Shown here: in pieces, positions 1 through 9,744 of the stretch | How positions within the stretch are numbered: the stretch's first letter is position 1 | How the letters are laid out: every line of letters begins with the position of its first letter | Source: Pseudomonadota bacterium | Lineage (GTDB): Bacteria; Pseudomonadota; Gammaproteobacteria; Burkholderiales; Thiobacillaceae | Length of the DNA: 64,000 bases | NCBI GenBank assembly: GCA_049322515.1 | Contig: JBMOQW010000012.1 | Span: 204,023 to 268,022 of the forward strand | Reading direction: 5' to 3' | The notes under the pieces: model-generated | What the model saw: only the letters and a program-made list of their open reading frames with translations | What the model was told of the DNA's origin: nothing | Databases searched by the model: none | Position numbers and translations under genes: made by a program

Positions 1-1446
1 CAGGAAGACCAGTCCGGACATCCGCTCGCTGGTCTGTTCAACCAACCAGAAGAAACCGCGCGGGACACCCTGGCGGAACTCGGCTATGCCGATCCGGGCG
101 AAGTACTCGACCGTCTCAACGCGCTCAAGGGTGGCAGCCGTTACGCCGCCCTGCCGGCCGCCAACAAGACCGCCCTGGACGGCCTGCTGCCGCCCCTGAT
201 CGAAGTCGCGGCCCGGCAAGCGAATCCCGACACCACCTTGTTTCGCATTCTCGACCTGCTCGAAGCCATCAGCCGGCGCGCGCCCTACCTCCTGCTCCTG
301 CGCGAATATCCGCAGACCCTGGCTCAGGTCGCCCGCATGGTCGGGGCCAGTCCCTGGGCGGCGGGATACCTGACCCGGCAACCCCATCTGCTCGACGAAC
401 TGCTCGACCCGCGCGCCCTCATGGCGACGCCGGACTGGCCGCTCAAGCGCGACGAATTGCGCGCCCGCCTGGCGGCTTTCGAAGGCGACCTCGAACGCAG
501 CATGGACGAACTCCGCCATTTCAAGCAGAGCGAGACCTTCCGCCTGTTGGCACAAGACCTGGCCGGCATGTGGACGGTGGAAAGCCTGTCCGATCAACTG
601 GCGGCCCTGGCCGACCTGCTGCTCGGCCAGAGCCTGGAACTGACCTGGCGTGACCTGACAAAAAAGCACCGCGACCGCCCCGCCTTCGCAGTCATCGCCT
701 ACGGCAAGCTGGGCGGCAAGGAATTGGGCTACGCCTCCGACCTCGACATCGTTTTCCTCTACGACGACGACCACCCAGACGCCCAGGACATCTACGCCCG
801 CCTGGGCAAGCGCATGAACACCCTGATGTCGACCATGACCGGCGCCGGCATCCTCTACGAAACCGACCTGCGCCTGCGTCCGGATGGCGCCTCCGGCCTC
901 TTGGTCAGCAGTGTCGAGGCGTTCGAGGACTACCAGCGCCACCATGCCTGGACCTGGGAACACCAGGCCCTCAGCCGGGCCCGCTATGCCTGTGGCGACG
1001 GGCAGGTGGGCGCCAAGTTCGAAGCCATTCGCGAGGCCATCCTGCTCCTTCCGCGCGACACTGCCAGGCTCCGTGCAGAGGTGCTGGAAATGCGCCAGAA
1101 AATGCACGATGGCCACCCCAACGCCACCGATCTGTTCGACATCAAGCATGACCGCGGTGGTCTGGTCGATGTCGAATTTGTCGTCCAGTATCTCGTCCTC
1201 GCCCATAGCGCCGAGCATCCGGAATTGACCGCCAACCGGGGCAACATCGCCCTGCTCGGGGTCGCCGGCCGGCTCGGCCTGGTGCCGGCTGACATCGCCG
1301 GCGCCGCTGCCAACGCCTACCGCGAACTACGCCGACGTCAGCATCAGGTGAAACTGCAGGGCGCCGAGCACGCACGCCTGCCGGTGGAGATGCTGGCACC
1401 CGAGACCGACGCGGTGCGCGCGCTATGGCAAGCCGTCCTGGGCTGA
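1..1446 (+). CDS. glnE: Glutamate-ammonia-ligase adenylyltransferase (5' truncated by window edge)
   Basis: Frame open from position 1; motifs YGKLGGKELGYASDLD, DLRLRPDG, WTWEHQAL, DIKHDRGGLVDVEF. Confidence 0.95.
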   Translation, partial: QEDQSGHPLAGLFNQPEETARDTLAELGYADPGEVLDRLNALKGGSRYAALPAANKTALDGLLPPLIEVAARQANPDTTLFRILDLLEAISRRAPYLLLLREYPQTLAQVARMVGASPWAAGYLTRQPHLLDELLDPRALMATPDWPLKRDELRARLAAFEGDLERSMDELRHFKQSETFRLLAQDLAGMWTVESLSDQLAALADLLLGQSLELTWRDLTKKHRDRPAFAVIAYGKLGGKELGYASDLDIVFLYDDDHPDAQDIYARLGKRMNTLMSTMTGAGILYETDLRLRPDGASGLLVSSVEAFEDYQRHHAWTWEHQALSRARYACGDGQVGAKFEAIREAILLLPRDTARLRAEVLEMRQKMHDGHPNATDLFDIKHDRGGLVDVEFVVQYLVLAHSAEHPELTANRGNIALLGVAGRLGLVPADIAGAAANAYRELRRRQHQVKLQGAEHARLPVEMLAPETDAVRALWQAVLG

Positions 1447-1498
1447 CTTGAGCTAGAATGTCGGCTTCTTTTCTCGACTGATTTCAAGGAGTTCGGCA

Positions 1499-2419
1499 AT
1501 GTCCATGGCCGATCGCGACGGCGTCATCTGGTATGACGGCAAGCTGGTTCCCTGGCGGGAAGCCACCACCCACGTGCTCACCCACACCCTGCACTATGGC
1601 ATGGGCGTGTTCGAGGGCGTGCGTGCCTACGAAACCCCGACCGGCCCGGCCATCTTCCGCCTCCAGGAACACACCGACCGGCTGTTCCGCTCGGCGCACA
1701 TCCTGGGCATGAAGATGCCCTACTCCAAGGATGACCTGAATGCCGCACAAAAGGCCGTGGTCAAGGAAAACGGCCTGAAGTCCGGCTACCTGCGCCCGAT
1801 GGCCTTCTACGGTGCCGAGGCGATGGGCATCTCCGCCAAGACCCTGTCCACCCACGTCATCGTCGCCGCCTGGCCGTGGGGCGCCTACATGGGTGCCGAG
1901 GCGCTCACCCAGGGCATCCGGGTCAAAACCTCGTCATTCAGCCGCCACCACGTCAACATCACGATGTGCAAGGCCAAGGCCAACGGCAACTACATGAACT
2001 CCATCCTGGCCCACCGCGAGGCCGAGATGGACGGCTACCAGGAAGCCCTGCTGCTCGATGTCGACGGCTTCGTTGCCGAAGGTTCGGGGGAAAACTTCTT
2101 CCTGGTCCGCAACGGCAAGCTCTACACCCCGGACCTGACCGCCGCGCTCGAAGGCATCACCCGCGACACCATCATCCAACTGGCCGGCGAACTGGGCATC
2201 CCGGTGATCGAGAAACGCATCACCCGTGACGAGGTGTATTGTGCCGATGAAGCCTTCTTCACCGGCACGGCCGCCGAGGTGACGCCGATCCGCGAACTGG
2301 ACAACCGCCAGATCGGCGAGGGCAAGCGCGGTCCGATCACGGAAAAGCTGCAATCGCTGTACTTCGATTGCGTGCAGGGTCGCTCGGCTGCCCACGCCAA
2401 CTGGCTGACGCACGTCTGA
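1499..2419 (+). CDS. ilvE: Branched-chain amino acid aminotransferase
   Basis: LHYGMGVFEGVRAY, AKANGNY, EGSGEN, LEGITR, GTAAEVTPI; AAGGAG RBS. Confidence 0.96.
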   Translation: MSMADRDGVIWYDGKLVPWREATTHVLTHTLHYGMGVFEGVRAYETPTGPAIFRLQEHTDRLFRSAHILGMKMPYSKDDLNAAQKAVVKENGLKSGYLRPMAFYGAEAMGISAKTLSTHVIVAAWPWGAYMGAEALTQGIRVKTSSFSRHHVNITMCKAKANGNYMNSILAHREAEMDGYQEALLLDVDGFVAEGSGENFFLVRNGKLYTPDLTAALEGITRDTIIQLAGELGIPVIEKRITRDEVYCADEAFFTGTAAEVTPIRELDNRQIGEGKRGPITEKLQSLYFDCVQGRSAAHANWLTHV

Positions 2420-2430
2420 GGAGCCCGACC

Positions 2431-2619
2431 ATGGCTGAACAACGCATCGTCGAGGTCGGCGCCGCCGATCTGCCCCTCTACTGCCCGCCGCGCGGCCAGG
2501 AAGCCGCGTTCAACCACCCGCGCGTGTTCCTTCCGGTCGAGGCCAAGGGCGAGGTCCGCTGCCCCTATTGCAGCACCGTGTACAAACTGGTCGGTGCAAT
2601 CAAGCACGGCCACCACTGA
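2431..2619 (+). CDS. Small zinc-finger (zf-CHCC-like) protein
   Basis: DLPLYCP...HPRVFL...CPYC pattern; GAGGAG RBS before ATG 2431. Confidence 0.85.
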   Translation: MAEQRIVEVGAADLPLYCPPRGQEAAFNHPRVFLPVEAKGEVRCPYCSTVYKLVGAIKHGHH

Positions 2620-2629
2620 GGAATTCGCC

Positions 2630-3142
2630 ATGAACCGCCTGTCCGCCCTGCTTGTCGCACTGCTGCTCACGGGTGCCGCCCACGCGCAAGTCCCGGCCCA
2701 GCCGCTCAGCCAGCAGCAGGCCCAGCAACTGATGGCGCGCCAGATGCAGATGATGGCCGCCATGTTCGACTACCGCCGCTCCAAGCTGGGTTTCGACGAA
2801 ACCGTGACTGCGATTGGTGCCGCCATCGACCGCCAGGGCTGGAAGCGAGGCGCAGTGCAGGACGCCCAGGCCGCCATGGCGCAGGCAGGCGCCCCGGGCA
2901 AGCGGATGAAGGTGATCGAGGCCTGCCCGGCCGGCTTCAACGACAAGCTGACCAAGGCCGGCGATGGCAAGCTGCCGCCGCATCCCTGCCGGTTCACCGT
3001 GTTCGAGGGCCGCGACGGCAAGACCTACACCATGCGCATGAATTCCGGCCTGCTCGCCAAGGGGCTGCAGGGCGAACCCGCCAGGCTGATGGCCGGCATC
3101 GGCGCCGACGAGGACGCGATCCTCAAGGGTATCGCCGAGTAA
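2630..3142 (+). CDS. Exported DUF302-like protein
   Basis: Signal peptide (AHA|Q); FDETV..GWK..KVIEACP..PC..VFE..DGKTY resembles DUF302. Confidence 0.6.
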   Translation: MNRLSALLVALLLTGAAHAQVPAQPLSQQQAQQLMARQMQMMAAMFDYRRSKLGFDETVTAIGAAIDRQGWKRGAVQDAQAAMAQAGAPGKRMKVIEACPAGFNDKLTKAGDGKLPPHPCRFTVFEGRDGKTYTMRMNSGLLAKGLQGEPARLMAGIGADEDAILKGIAE

Positions 3143-3202
3143 GTCGGCACTGAGCCTGCATGGCCGCTCCCCCGCCGTTGCCGGGAGTGAGCGTCCCCCG
3201 AC

Positions 3203-4573
3203 TCAGGCCGTGCGCGAGTAGCGCGGACCGCTTTCGGCCGCCTGCTTGAGGTAGCCGTCGAAACACATGGCGATGTTGCGTAAAAACAGGCGGCCCAGCT
3301 CGGTGACCTGCACGTAGCCGGCATCGACCTTGACGAATCCATCAGCAACCAGCGGTTGGAGATCGGCCAGCGCCTCGGCGAAATACGTGTCGAAGTCGAT
3401 CTTCCAGTTCGCCGCGAAGGTCGTCTTGTCCAACTCCAGGTCGCACATCACCTTGGTGATGGCATCACGCCGGATTTGGTCATCCAGGCTCAAACGCAGA
3501 CCCCGCTCGACCGGCAGGTGCCCGGCGCCCACCAGTTCCTGGTACTTCTTCAGGTTCTTCTCGTTCTGCACGTAGGTGTTCAGCGTCTGGCTGATGCTGG
3601 ACGCGCCAAAGGCGTAGATGTCGCAGTGCTTGTGGGTGGTGTAGCCCTGGAAATTTCGCCACAGGGTCTTGCTGTTCTGGGCCTTGACCATCTCGTCGTC
3701 CGGCTTGGCGAAATGGTCGAGGCCGATGTTGACGTAGCCGGCCGCCCCCAGCTTGTCCTGGATCAACTGTTGCAGATCGAGTCGGGTACTGAAGTTGGGC
3801 AGATCCTTTTCCTGGATCAGCTTCTGGTGCTTCTTCATCCACGGCACGTGGGCATAGGAGAACACCGCCAGCCGGTCCGGCGACCAGGCCACCACCTTGT
3901 CCAGGGTGCGTGCGAAGCTGTCCACGGACTGGTGCGGCAGGCCGACGATCAGGTCCATGTTGATGCTGCCGAAGCCAAGTTCTCGTGCCCAGCCGTAGAC
4001 TTCCTTGATCAGCCCTTCCGGCTGTACCCGGTTGACGGCCTTCTGGACCCGGTCGTCGAGGTCCTGCACGCCGATCGACAAGCGGTTGAAGCCCGTCTCG
4101 CGCAGGGCCAGGAGATGCTCGCGGGTGAGCTCGCGCGGGTCGACCTCGCAGCCCATTTCGGCATCGTCGGCGATGCTGAAATGGCCGCGGATCAGGCCCA
4201 TCAGGCGGCGGATGTCCTGCGGCCGCAGATAGGTCGGGGTACCGCCGCCGAAATGCAGCTGTTTCACCTGCCGGGCCGGGTCGGTGTAGCCGGCCACCCG
4301 GGCCATTTCCATGTCGAGATAGTCGAGGTACTGGTAGGCCTTCTTGTACTCGCCCGTGGCCACCATGTTGCATCCACAGTAGTAACACAGCGTGTCGCAG
4401 AAGGGGATATGGAAATAAAGGGACAGGCCCCGGTCCGGATCCTGCGAGGTCTCCAGCTCGGCCCGCCAGTCGTTCTCCGTGAATTCGGTATGGAAGTAAG
4501 GCGCGGTCGGGTAGGAGGTATAGCGGGGACCGGGCTTGCTGTACTTTTCCAGCAGCGTGGTGAGCGAGGACAT
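3203..4573 (-). CDS. hemN: Oxygen-independent coproporphyrinogen III oxidase
   Basis: GPRYTSYPTA, radical SAM HIPFCDTLCYYCGC, GGGTP, RNFQGY. Confidence 0.96.
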   Translation of the reverse strand: MSSLTTLLEKYSKPGPRYTSYPTAPYFHTEFTENDWRAELETSQDPDRGLSLYFHIPFCDTLCYYCGCNMVATGEYKKAYQYLDYLDMEMARVAGYTDPARQVKQLHFGGGTPTYLRPQDIRRLMGLIRGHFSIADDAEMGCEVDPRELTREHLLALRETGFNRLSIGVQDLDDRVQKAVNRVQPEGLIKEVYGWARELGFGSINMDLIVGLPHQSVDSFARTLDKVVAWSPDRLAVFSYAHVPWMKKHQKLIQEKDLPNFSTRLDLQQLIQDKLGAAGYVNIGLDHFAKPDDEMVKAQNSKTLWRNFQGYTTHKHCDIYAFGASSISQTLNTYVQNEKNLKKYQELVGAGHLPVERGLRLSLDDQIRRDAITKVMCDLELDKTTFAANWKIDFDTYFAEALADLQPLVADGFVKVDAGYVQVTELGRLFLRNIAMCFDGYLKQAAESGPRYSRTA

Positions 4574-4639
4574 GAGGGGGCATCCAACGAAGACAGTCTT
4601 GATTGTAGGCAGGCGCCACGAACCGAGGCAAGGCAAAGC

Positions 4640-4653
4640 TTGCGCAAGATCAA
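4640..4653 (-). promoter_or_regulatory. FNR-type box upstream of hemN
   Basis: TTGATCTTGCGCAA on minus strand (consensus TTGAT-N4-ATCAA, one perfect half-site); hemN is a typical FNR target. Confidence 0.6.
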
Positions 4654-4709
4654 TCGTGCGGAGCAAGCCCCCACAGATGTCATGAGTATATCCTTAGTAC
4701 TAAATTTTC

Positions 4710-4737
4710 TAGACAGATCTATTTTTTATGGCATAAT
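4710..4737 (+). promoter_or_regulatory. sigma70 promoter of putative sRNA
   Basis: TAGACA-N16-CATAAT with extended TG, in an AT-rich patch. Confidence 0.55.
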
Positions 4738-4743
4738 GGAATC

Positions 4744-4808
4744 TACCTCCCTGACCGCCGCAACGGCGGTTTTCTACACGGCACTGGTTCACCAGTGCCG
4801 TTTTTTTT
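4744..4808 (+). ncRNA. Putative small regulatory RNA with anti-SD seed
   Basis: Own promoter; 5' ACCTCCCT; hairpin ACCGCCG-caa-CGGCGGT; terminator ACGGCACTGG-ttca-CCAGTGCCGT plus T-run; algC has a separate downstream promoter (TTGCCC-N16-GATAAT). Confidence 0.55.
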
Positions 4809-4858
4809 GCCCATAGCGGCAAAGCCGGGATAATGCGCGGGTTTTCAGGGAGACCTCC

Positions 4859-6235
4859 ATGACCGCCATCCCCGCCGAAATCTTCAAGGCCTATGACATT
4901 CGCGGCATCGTCGGCCGCACGCTCACCCCCGAGATCGTCACCGCCATTGGCCAGGCCCTGGGCAGCGAGGCTCGGGCCCGCCAGCAACGCGAGATCGCCA
5001 TCGGCCGCGACGGCCGCCTGTCCGGGCCGGCGTTGGCCGAAGCCCTGGCGAACGGCATCCGCACCGCCGGGGTCGATGTGATCGATCTCGGTCTGGTGGC
5101 CACGCCGATGACCTACTTCGCCGCCCACCACCTGGGCACCGATTGCGCGGTGATGGTCACCGGCTCGCACAATCCACCCGATTACAACGGCCTCAAGATG
5201 GTCCTGGCCGGGGAAACCTTGTCCGGCGAGACCATCCAGGCCCTGCGCCGGCGCATCGAGACCGGCGATCTGGCGAATGGCGAAGGCGCCTATCGCCAAT
5301 ACGACATCGGCCCCGATTACCAGTCGCGCATCGTCGGCGATATCCACTTGGCACGTCCGCTCAAGCTCGTCGTCGATGCCGGCAATGGTGTCGCCGGCGC
5401 CTACGCACCCGCGCTCTACCGGGCGCTCGGCTGCCAGGTGGACGCCCTGTTCTGCGAGGTCGATGGCCATTTCCCGAATCACCACCCCGACCCCTCCGAA
5501 CCCCACAACCTGGCCGACCTGATCGACCGGGTGAAAAACTCGGATGCGGAAATCGGCCTGGCCTTCGACGGCGACGGCGATCGCCTCGGCGTGGTCGCCA
5601 AGGACGGCCGCATCATCTACCCGGACCGCCAGTTGATGCTGTTCGCCGCCGATGTCCTGAGCCGCCAACCGGGCGCCACCATCATTTACGACGTCAAGTC
5701 GACCCGCAACCTGGATCCCTGGATCCGTACCCACGGCGGCGTACCCATGCTCTGGAAAACCGGCCATTCGCTGGTCAAGGCGCGCATGAAGGAAACCGGC
5801 GCCGCCCTGGCCGGCGAGATGAGCGGCCACGTCTTCTTCAAGGAACGCTGGTACGGCTTCGACGATGGTCTGTACGCCGGGGCCCGCCTGCTCGAATATC
5901 TGTCCAGGCAGGCCGATCTGGATGCCACCTTGCATGACCTGCCAGACAGCGTGAACACACCCGAACTGCACATCAAGATGAAGGAGGGCGAGCCGCACCG
6001 GCTGATCGCCCTCCTGCGGGACACGGCCACTTTCGAGGGTGCCCGCGAGGTGATCACCCTGGACGGCCTGCGCGTCGAATACCCGGATGGCTTCGGCCTG
6101 ATGCGACCGTCCAATACCACACCGGTCATCGTGCTGCGTTTCGAGGCCGACCATGCCGAGGCCCTGGCCCGTATCCAGCATGCGTTCCGGCGCGTCATCC
6201 TGGCCGCGGCGCCTGACGCAGTCCTGCCCTTCTGA
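4859..6235 (+). CDS. algC: Phosphomannomutase/phosphoglucomutase
   Basis: IFKAYDIRG, TGSHNP, FDGDGDR, GEMSGH. Confidence 0.95.
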   Translation: MTAIPAEIFKAYDIRGIVGRTLTPEIVTAIGQALGSEARARQQREIAIGRDGRLSGPALAEALANGIRTAGVDVIDLGLVATPMTYFAAHHLGTDCAVMVTGSHNPPDYNGLKMVLAGETLSGETIQALRRRIETGDLANGEGAYRQYDIGPDYQSRIVGDIHLARPLKLVVDAGNGVAGAYAPALYRALGCQVDALFCEVDGHFPNHHPDPSEPHNLADLIDRVKNSDAEIGLAFDGDGDRLGVVAKDGRIIYPDRQLMLFAADVLSRQPGATIIYDVKSTRNLDPWIRTHGGVPMLWKTGHSLVKARMKETGAALAGEMSGHVFFKERWYGFDDGLYAGARLLEYLSRQADLDATLHDLPDSVNTPELHIKMKEGEPHRLIALLRDTATFEGAREVITLDGLRVEYPDGFGLMRPSNTTPVIVLRFEADHAEALARIQHAFRRVILAAAPDAVLPF

Positions 6236-6238
6236 CAG

Positions 6239-7192
6239 ATGCACTGCTGGCGCCACGGTCCGGACGGCTGGCACGCGGCCGACGCCGACTCCCTGGCGGA
6301 GCCACTGGCGGGGGACACTGCTTTTGTCTGGCTGGAACTGGAAAGCCATGAGCATCGGCTGCTGGAGAAGCTCGGCCGCACGCTCGATCTGCACGAACTG
6401 GCCCTGGAGGACGCCATTTCGGCACGTCAGCGGCCGAAGCTGGAGGAATACCCCAACGGCACCCTGTTCCTGGCCATTCGCACCGCGATGGAATGGAACC
6501 ATGCGATCGAGTTCGGCGAAACCCACGTCTTCATCGGCCCGCGTTATTTGATCGCGGTGCATCATGGCCCCGGGCCCGGACATGGCCAGGCGCTGGAGCA
6601 GCTCAGGCGCGGGCGTTTTGCGCCGTCGCCGGGGGCCGCCCTCTATTATTTGCTCGACCAGATCGTCGACGCCTACCGGCCGGTCTCCGACCATCTCGAG
6701 GACCGCTACGACAGCTACGAAGCCGCCCTGCTCGATACCGACCTGGCTGAGAAAAACCTGCCCCGCCTGTACCAGCTCAAGCGCCAGACCCTGCTGCTCT
6801 CCCAGGCCGTGGAACCGATGTCGGACATCGTGCAGGAACTGATCCGCATGCAACCGCAGATCGTCGAAAAGGGACTTAAAGCCTATTACCGGGATGTCCA
6901 CGACCATCTCACCCGACTCAACCGCGAGCTGTTCCAGATGCGCGAAATGCTCTCCGACGCCATGCACGTCAGCCTGGCCACCTTGTCGCTGCGCCAGAAT
7001 GAATCGGTGCAAAAACTGGCCGGCTGGGGCGCCATCCTGGCCATCCCCACCTTGGTGTTCAGCCTGTACGGCATGAACTTCGCGCACATGCCGGAGCTGA
7101 ACTGGCCCTGGGGTTACCCGATCGTCCTGCTCGGCACCGGTGCCGCCTGCCTGTCCCTGCATCGGCATCTCAAGCAACGCGGCTGGATTTGA
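6239..7192 (+). CDS. corA: CorA-family Mg/Co transporter
   Basis: QRPKLE, two C-terminal TM helices, YGMNF-MPEL. Confidence 0.9.
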   Translation: MHCWRHGPDGWHAADADSLAEPLAGDTAFVWLELESHEHRLLEKLGRTLDLHELALEDAISARQRPKLEEYPNGTLFLAIRTAMEWNHAIEFGETHVFIGPRYLIAVHHGPGPGHGQALEQLRRGRFAPSPGAALYYLLDQIVDAYRPVSDHLEDRYDSYEAALLDTDLAEKNLPRLYQLKRQTLLLSQAVEPMSDIVQELIRMQPQIVEKGLKAYYRDVHDHLTRLNRELFQMREMLSDAMHVSLATLSLRQNESVQKLAGWGAILAIPTLVFSLYGMNFAHMPELNWPWGYPIVLLGTGAACLSLHRHLKQRGWI

Positions 7193-7241
7193 GGCACGCC
7201 TTCCGGCACCGTATCATTCTCCTTTTTTCACGGACTCCGCC

Positions 7242-7727
7242 ATGGCACCGCTCGTCGGACTCATCATGGGCAGCGTGAGCGACTGGGAAACCATGCGCCA
7301 GGCCGCCGACCTGCTCACCGAACTGGGCATTCCGTTCGAAAAGCGCGTGGTGTCGGCCCACCGCACCCCTGATCTGCTGTTCGACTATGCCGCCAGCGCG
7401 GCCGAGCGCGGTCTCAAGTGCATCATCGCCGGGGCCGGCGGCGCCGCCCACCTGCCCGGCATGGTCGCCGCCAAGACCCACCTGCCGGTGCTCGGCGTAC
7501 CGGTGCAGTCGCGCGCGCTGAAGGGCATCGATTCCCTGTTGTCCATCGTCCAGATGCCGAAGGGCGTGCCGGTCGCCACGTTTGCGATTGGTGAAGCCGG
7601 CGCGGCCAACACCGCCCTGTTCGCCGCCGCCCTGTTGGCCAACGAGTTCCCCGACATCCGCGCCCGTCTGATCGCCTTCCGCCAGAAGCAGACCGACAGC
7701 GTGTTGGCCATGAGCCTGCCCGAATGA
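7242..7727 (+). CDS. purE: N5-CAIR mutase
   Basis: [31 protein letters not shown]. Confidence 0.96.
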   Translation: MAPLVGLIMGSVSDWETMRQAADLLTELGIPFEKRVVSAHRTPDLLFDYAASAAERGLKCIIAGAGGAAHLPGMVAAKTHLPVLGVPVQSRALKGIDSLLSIVQMPKGVPVATFAIGEAGAANTALFAAALLANEFPDIRARLIAFRQKQTDSVLAMSLPE

Positions 7728-8872
7728 CCGCCGGTGCCACGCCCCTGCTGCCCGGCGCGACCCTGGGCGTCCTCGGTGGCGGCCAGCTCGGCCGCATGTT
7801 CACCCTGGCCGCCCGGGTCATGGGCTACAAAGTGGTGGTACTCGATCCCGACCCGGACGCGCCGGCCGGCCAGGTCGCCGACATTCACCTCAAAGCTGGT
7901 TACACCGACGCCGCCGCGCTCCTGCACATGGCCAACCTATGCCAGGCGGTGACCACGGAGTTCGAGAATGTCCCCGCGCAAAGCCTGGACATGCTGGCCA
8001 AGCACGTTTTCGTGGCCCCCTCCCCCGCCGCCGTCGCCGTCGCCCAGGATCGCCTGCTGGAAAAGAGCCGGGCTCAGGAATTCGGCTGCGACACGGCGCC
8101 CTTCGCCAACATCGAGGACGAAGGTTTCCTGGTCAATGCCTGGACCCGCATCGACGGCCCGGCGCTGCTCAAGACCCGTCGGCTGGGCTATGACGGCAAG
8201 GGTCAGATCAAGGTCGACAGCCTGGACGACCTGGTTGCCGCCTTCGACCATCTCGGCCGGGTGCCCTGCCTGCTCGAGGGCCGGCTCGCCCTGAAACAGG
8301 AAGTTTCGGTGGTCCTGGCCCGCAATCCCCAGGGCGAGATTGCCTTCTTCCCGGTGGCGGAAAACCGGCATCGCCAGGGCATCCTGGATCTCAGCCTGGT
8401 GCCTGCGCAAGTGCCCGAGGCTATCGCGGAACGAGCCCGCGCCATGGCGGCACAGATCGCTGCCGGACTCGACTATGTCGGCGTCATGGCCGTGGAATTC
8501 TTCATCCTCGACGACGGCCGCATCGTGTTCAACGAAATGGCGCCGCGCCCGCACAACAGTGGCCACTACACCCTGGATGCCTGCGCCACCGACCAGTTCC
8601 AGCAGCAGGTCCGCGCGCTGGCCGGCTTGCCTCTGGGTGACCCCCGGCTGCTCTCGCCGGTGGTCATGGTCAACCTCCTGGGCGACCTTTGGCAGCCCGA
8701 GCCCGCCTGGGACCGGCTGCTCGCCCATCCTGGCGTGCAGCTTCATCTCTATGGCAAGGCTGAAGCCCGGCCCGGCCGCAAGATGGGTCATTACAATTGC
8801 CTGGCAGCCCGCTTCGAGGACGCGCTGGCCCTCGCCACTGTGACGCGGACCGAGCTGGGCATCGGCGCTTGA
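7724..8872 (+). CDS. purK: N5-CAIR synthetase
   Basis: [32 protein letters not shown]; ATGA overlap with purE. Confidence 0.96.
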   Translation: MTAGATPLLPGATLGVLGGGQLGRMFTLAARVMGYKVVVLDPDPDAPAGQVADIHLKAGYTDAAALLHMANLCQAVTTEFENVPAQSLDMLAKHVFVAPSPAAVAVAQDRLLEKSRAQEFGCDTAPFANIEDEGFLVNAWTRIDGPALLKTRRLGYDGKGQIKVDSLDDLVAAFDHLGRVPCLLEGRLALKQEVSVVLARNPQGEIAFFPVAENRHRQGILDLSLVPAQVPEAIAERARAMAAQIAAGLDYVGVMAVEFFILDDGRIVFNEMAPRPHNSGHYTLDACATDQFQQQVRALAGLPLGDPRLLSPVVMVNLLGDLWQPEPAWDRLLAHPGVQLHLYGKAEARPGRKMGHYNCLAARFEDALALATVTRTELGIGA

Positions 8873-8987
8873 CCCCGGACCGGGCATCCCGCTTGCATTG
8901 ACAAACAGCTGATCTATAAAGTGAAATAGGTATGAATGGACCAATGGCGCCGCCTGAGGTCCCCTGTCCTTTGTCAGGAGTCGCATC

Positions 8988-9350
8988 ATGGATGTCACCA
9001 GCAACCTCTCCACCAACGCCTCCCTGGCCGTGTCTGCCTACGGCAGCCAACAGGCCGGCATGGTCCGCCCACGCGAGCAGCGCAACGACGACCCGGCCGT
9101 GGATCGTGCCCCACAGGAGCCGAGCAGCCGGCGCGTCGACAATGTCAATTTCAGCACCGAGGCATTGCGTTTGAGCGGACAAAGCGATGCCGTGACCAAC
9201 CGCACGCGCGTCAATGCCGCCAATGAAAGCGAGACCGACAACGCCCAGCGTATCCGTCCGGAAGCCCAGCCCCCCGAGACTGAACGTGCCACGGGCGCAA
9301 AATCGGTCGCCCAGGCGATCAACGCTTACAACAGCACCCAGGTGATCTAG
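8988..9350 (+). CDS. Hypothetical low-complexity protein (DxVxFSxEA motif reminiscent of FlgM-like proteins)
   Basis: AGGAG RBS; VDNVNFSTEALRLS and SVAQAINAY motifs. Confidence 0.6.
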   Translation: MDVTSNLSTNASLAVSAYGSQQAGMVRPREQRNDDPAVDRAPQEPSSRRVDNVNFSTEALRLSGQSDAVTNRTRVNAANESETDNAQRIRPEAQPPETERATGAKSVAQAINAYNSTQVI

Positions 9351-9363
9351 GCCAGGGCTTGTC

Positions 9364-9744
9364 ATGGACATGACTGTCAGCGCGCTCAGTTCCGCCTACT
9401 TGCCCGCAGTGCCGGCGCAAGGGGCAGTGCGCGCGCCGACCGACACGAACCTGCGGGCCCTCCCCCAGGACGCATTGGCCAGGGATGGCCGATCCCGGAC
9501 CACGCCTTCCCCTTTGGAGGCCGAACGCGCCCGCGAGGAAGCAGCCCGTCGCCGCGACCCCGTGGCCGAACCAGCGCGCAGTCCGGGCTTCGTGTTCGAA
9601 TTCCAGGACAGCCGCCAGGTCATGAAGGTCCACAATGCCAAGGGGGTCCTGATTTACCAGGTCCCGTCCAAGGGCCAGCTAGCCTTGATCGAAACCGAGG
9701 AAGCCGCCAATCGGCTCGACCCGCGTCTCCGGCTCACCGCCTGA
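9364..9744 (+). CDS. FlaG-like hypothetical protein
   Basis: C-terminal FEFQ..QVMKVHN..GVLIYQVPS resembles the FlaG core. Confidence 0.55.
   Translation: MDMTVSALSSAYLPAVPAQGAVRAPTDTNLRALPQDALARDGRSRTTPSPLEAERAREEAARRRDPVAEPARSPGFVFEFQDSRQVMKVHNAKGVLIYQVPSKGQLALIETEEAANRLDPRLRLTA

Noticed and set aside
4709-7177. Long antisense or alternative-frame ORFs (e.g. 822 aa here, 914 aa at 42424-45168, 567 aa at 33358-35061, 618 aa at 56256-58112)
   Set aside because: Shadow ORFs opposite well-supported genes, expected from high-GC codon bias; no recognisable motifs
8895-8945. sigma28 promoter for the FlgM/FlaG-like pair
   Set aside because: TAAAGT is present but there is no GCCGATAA-like -10 at the right spacing
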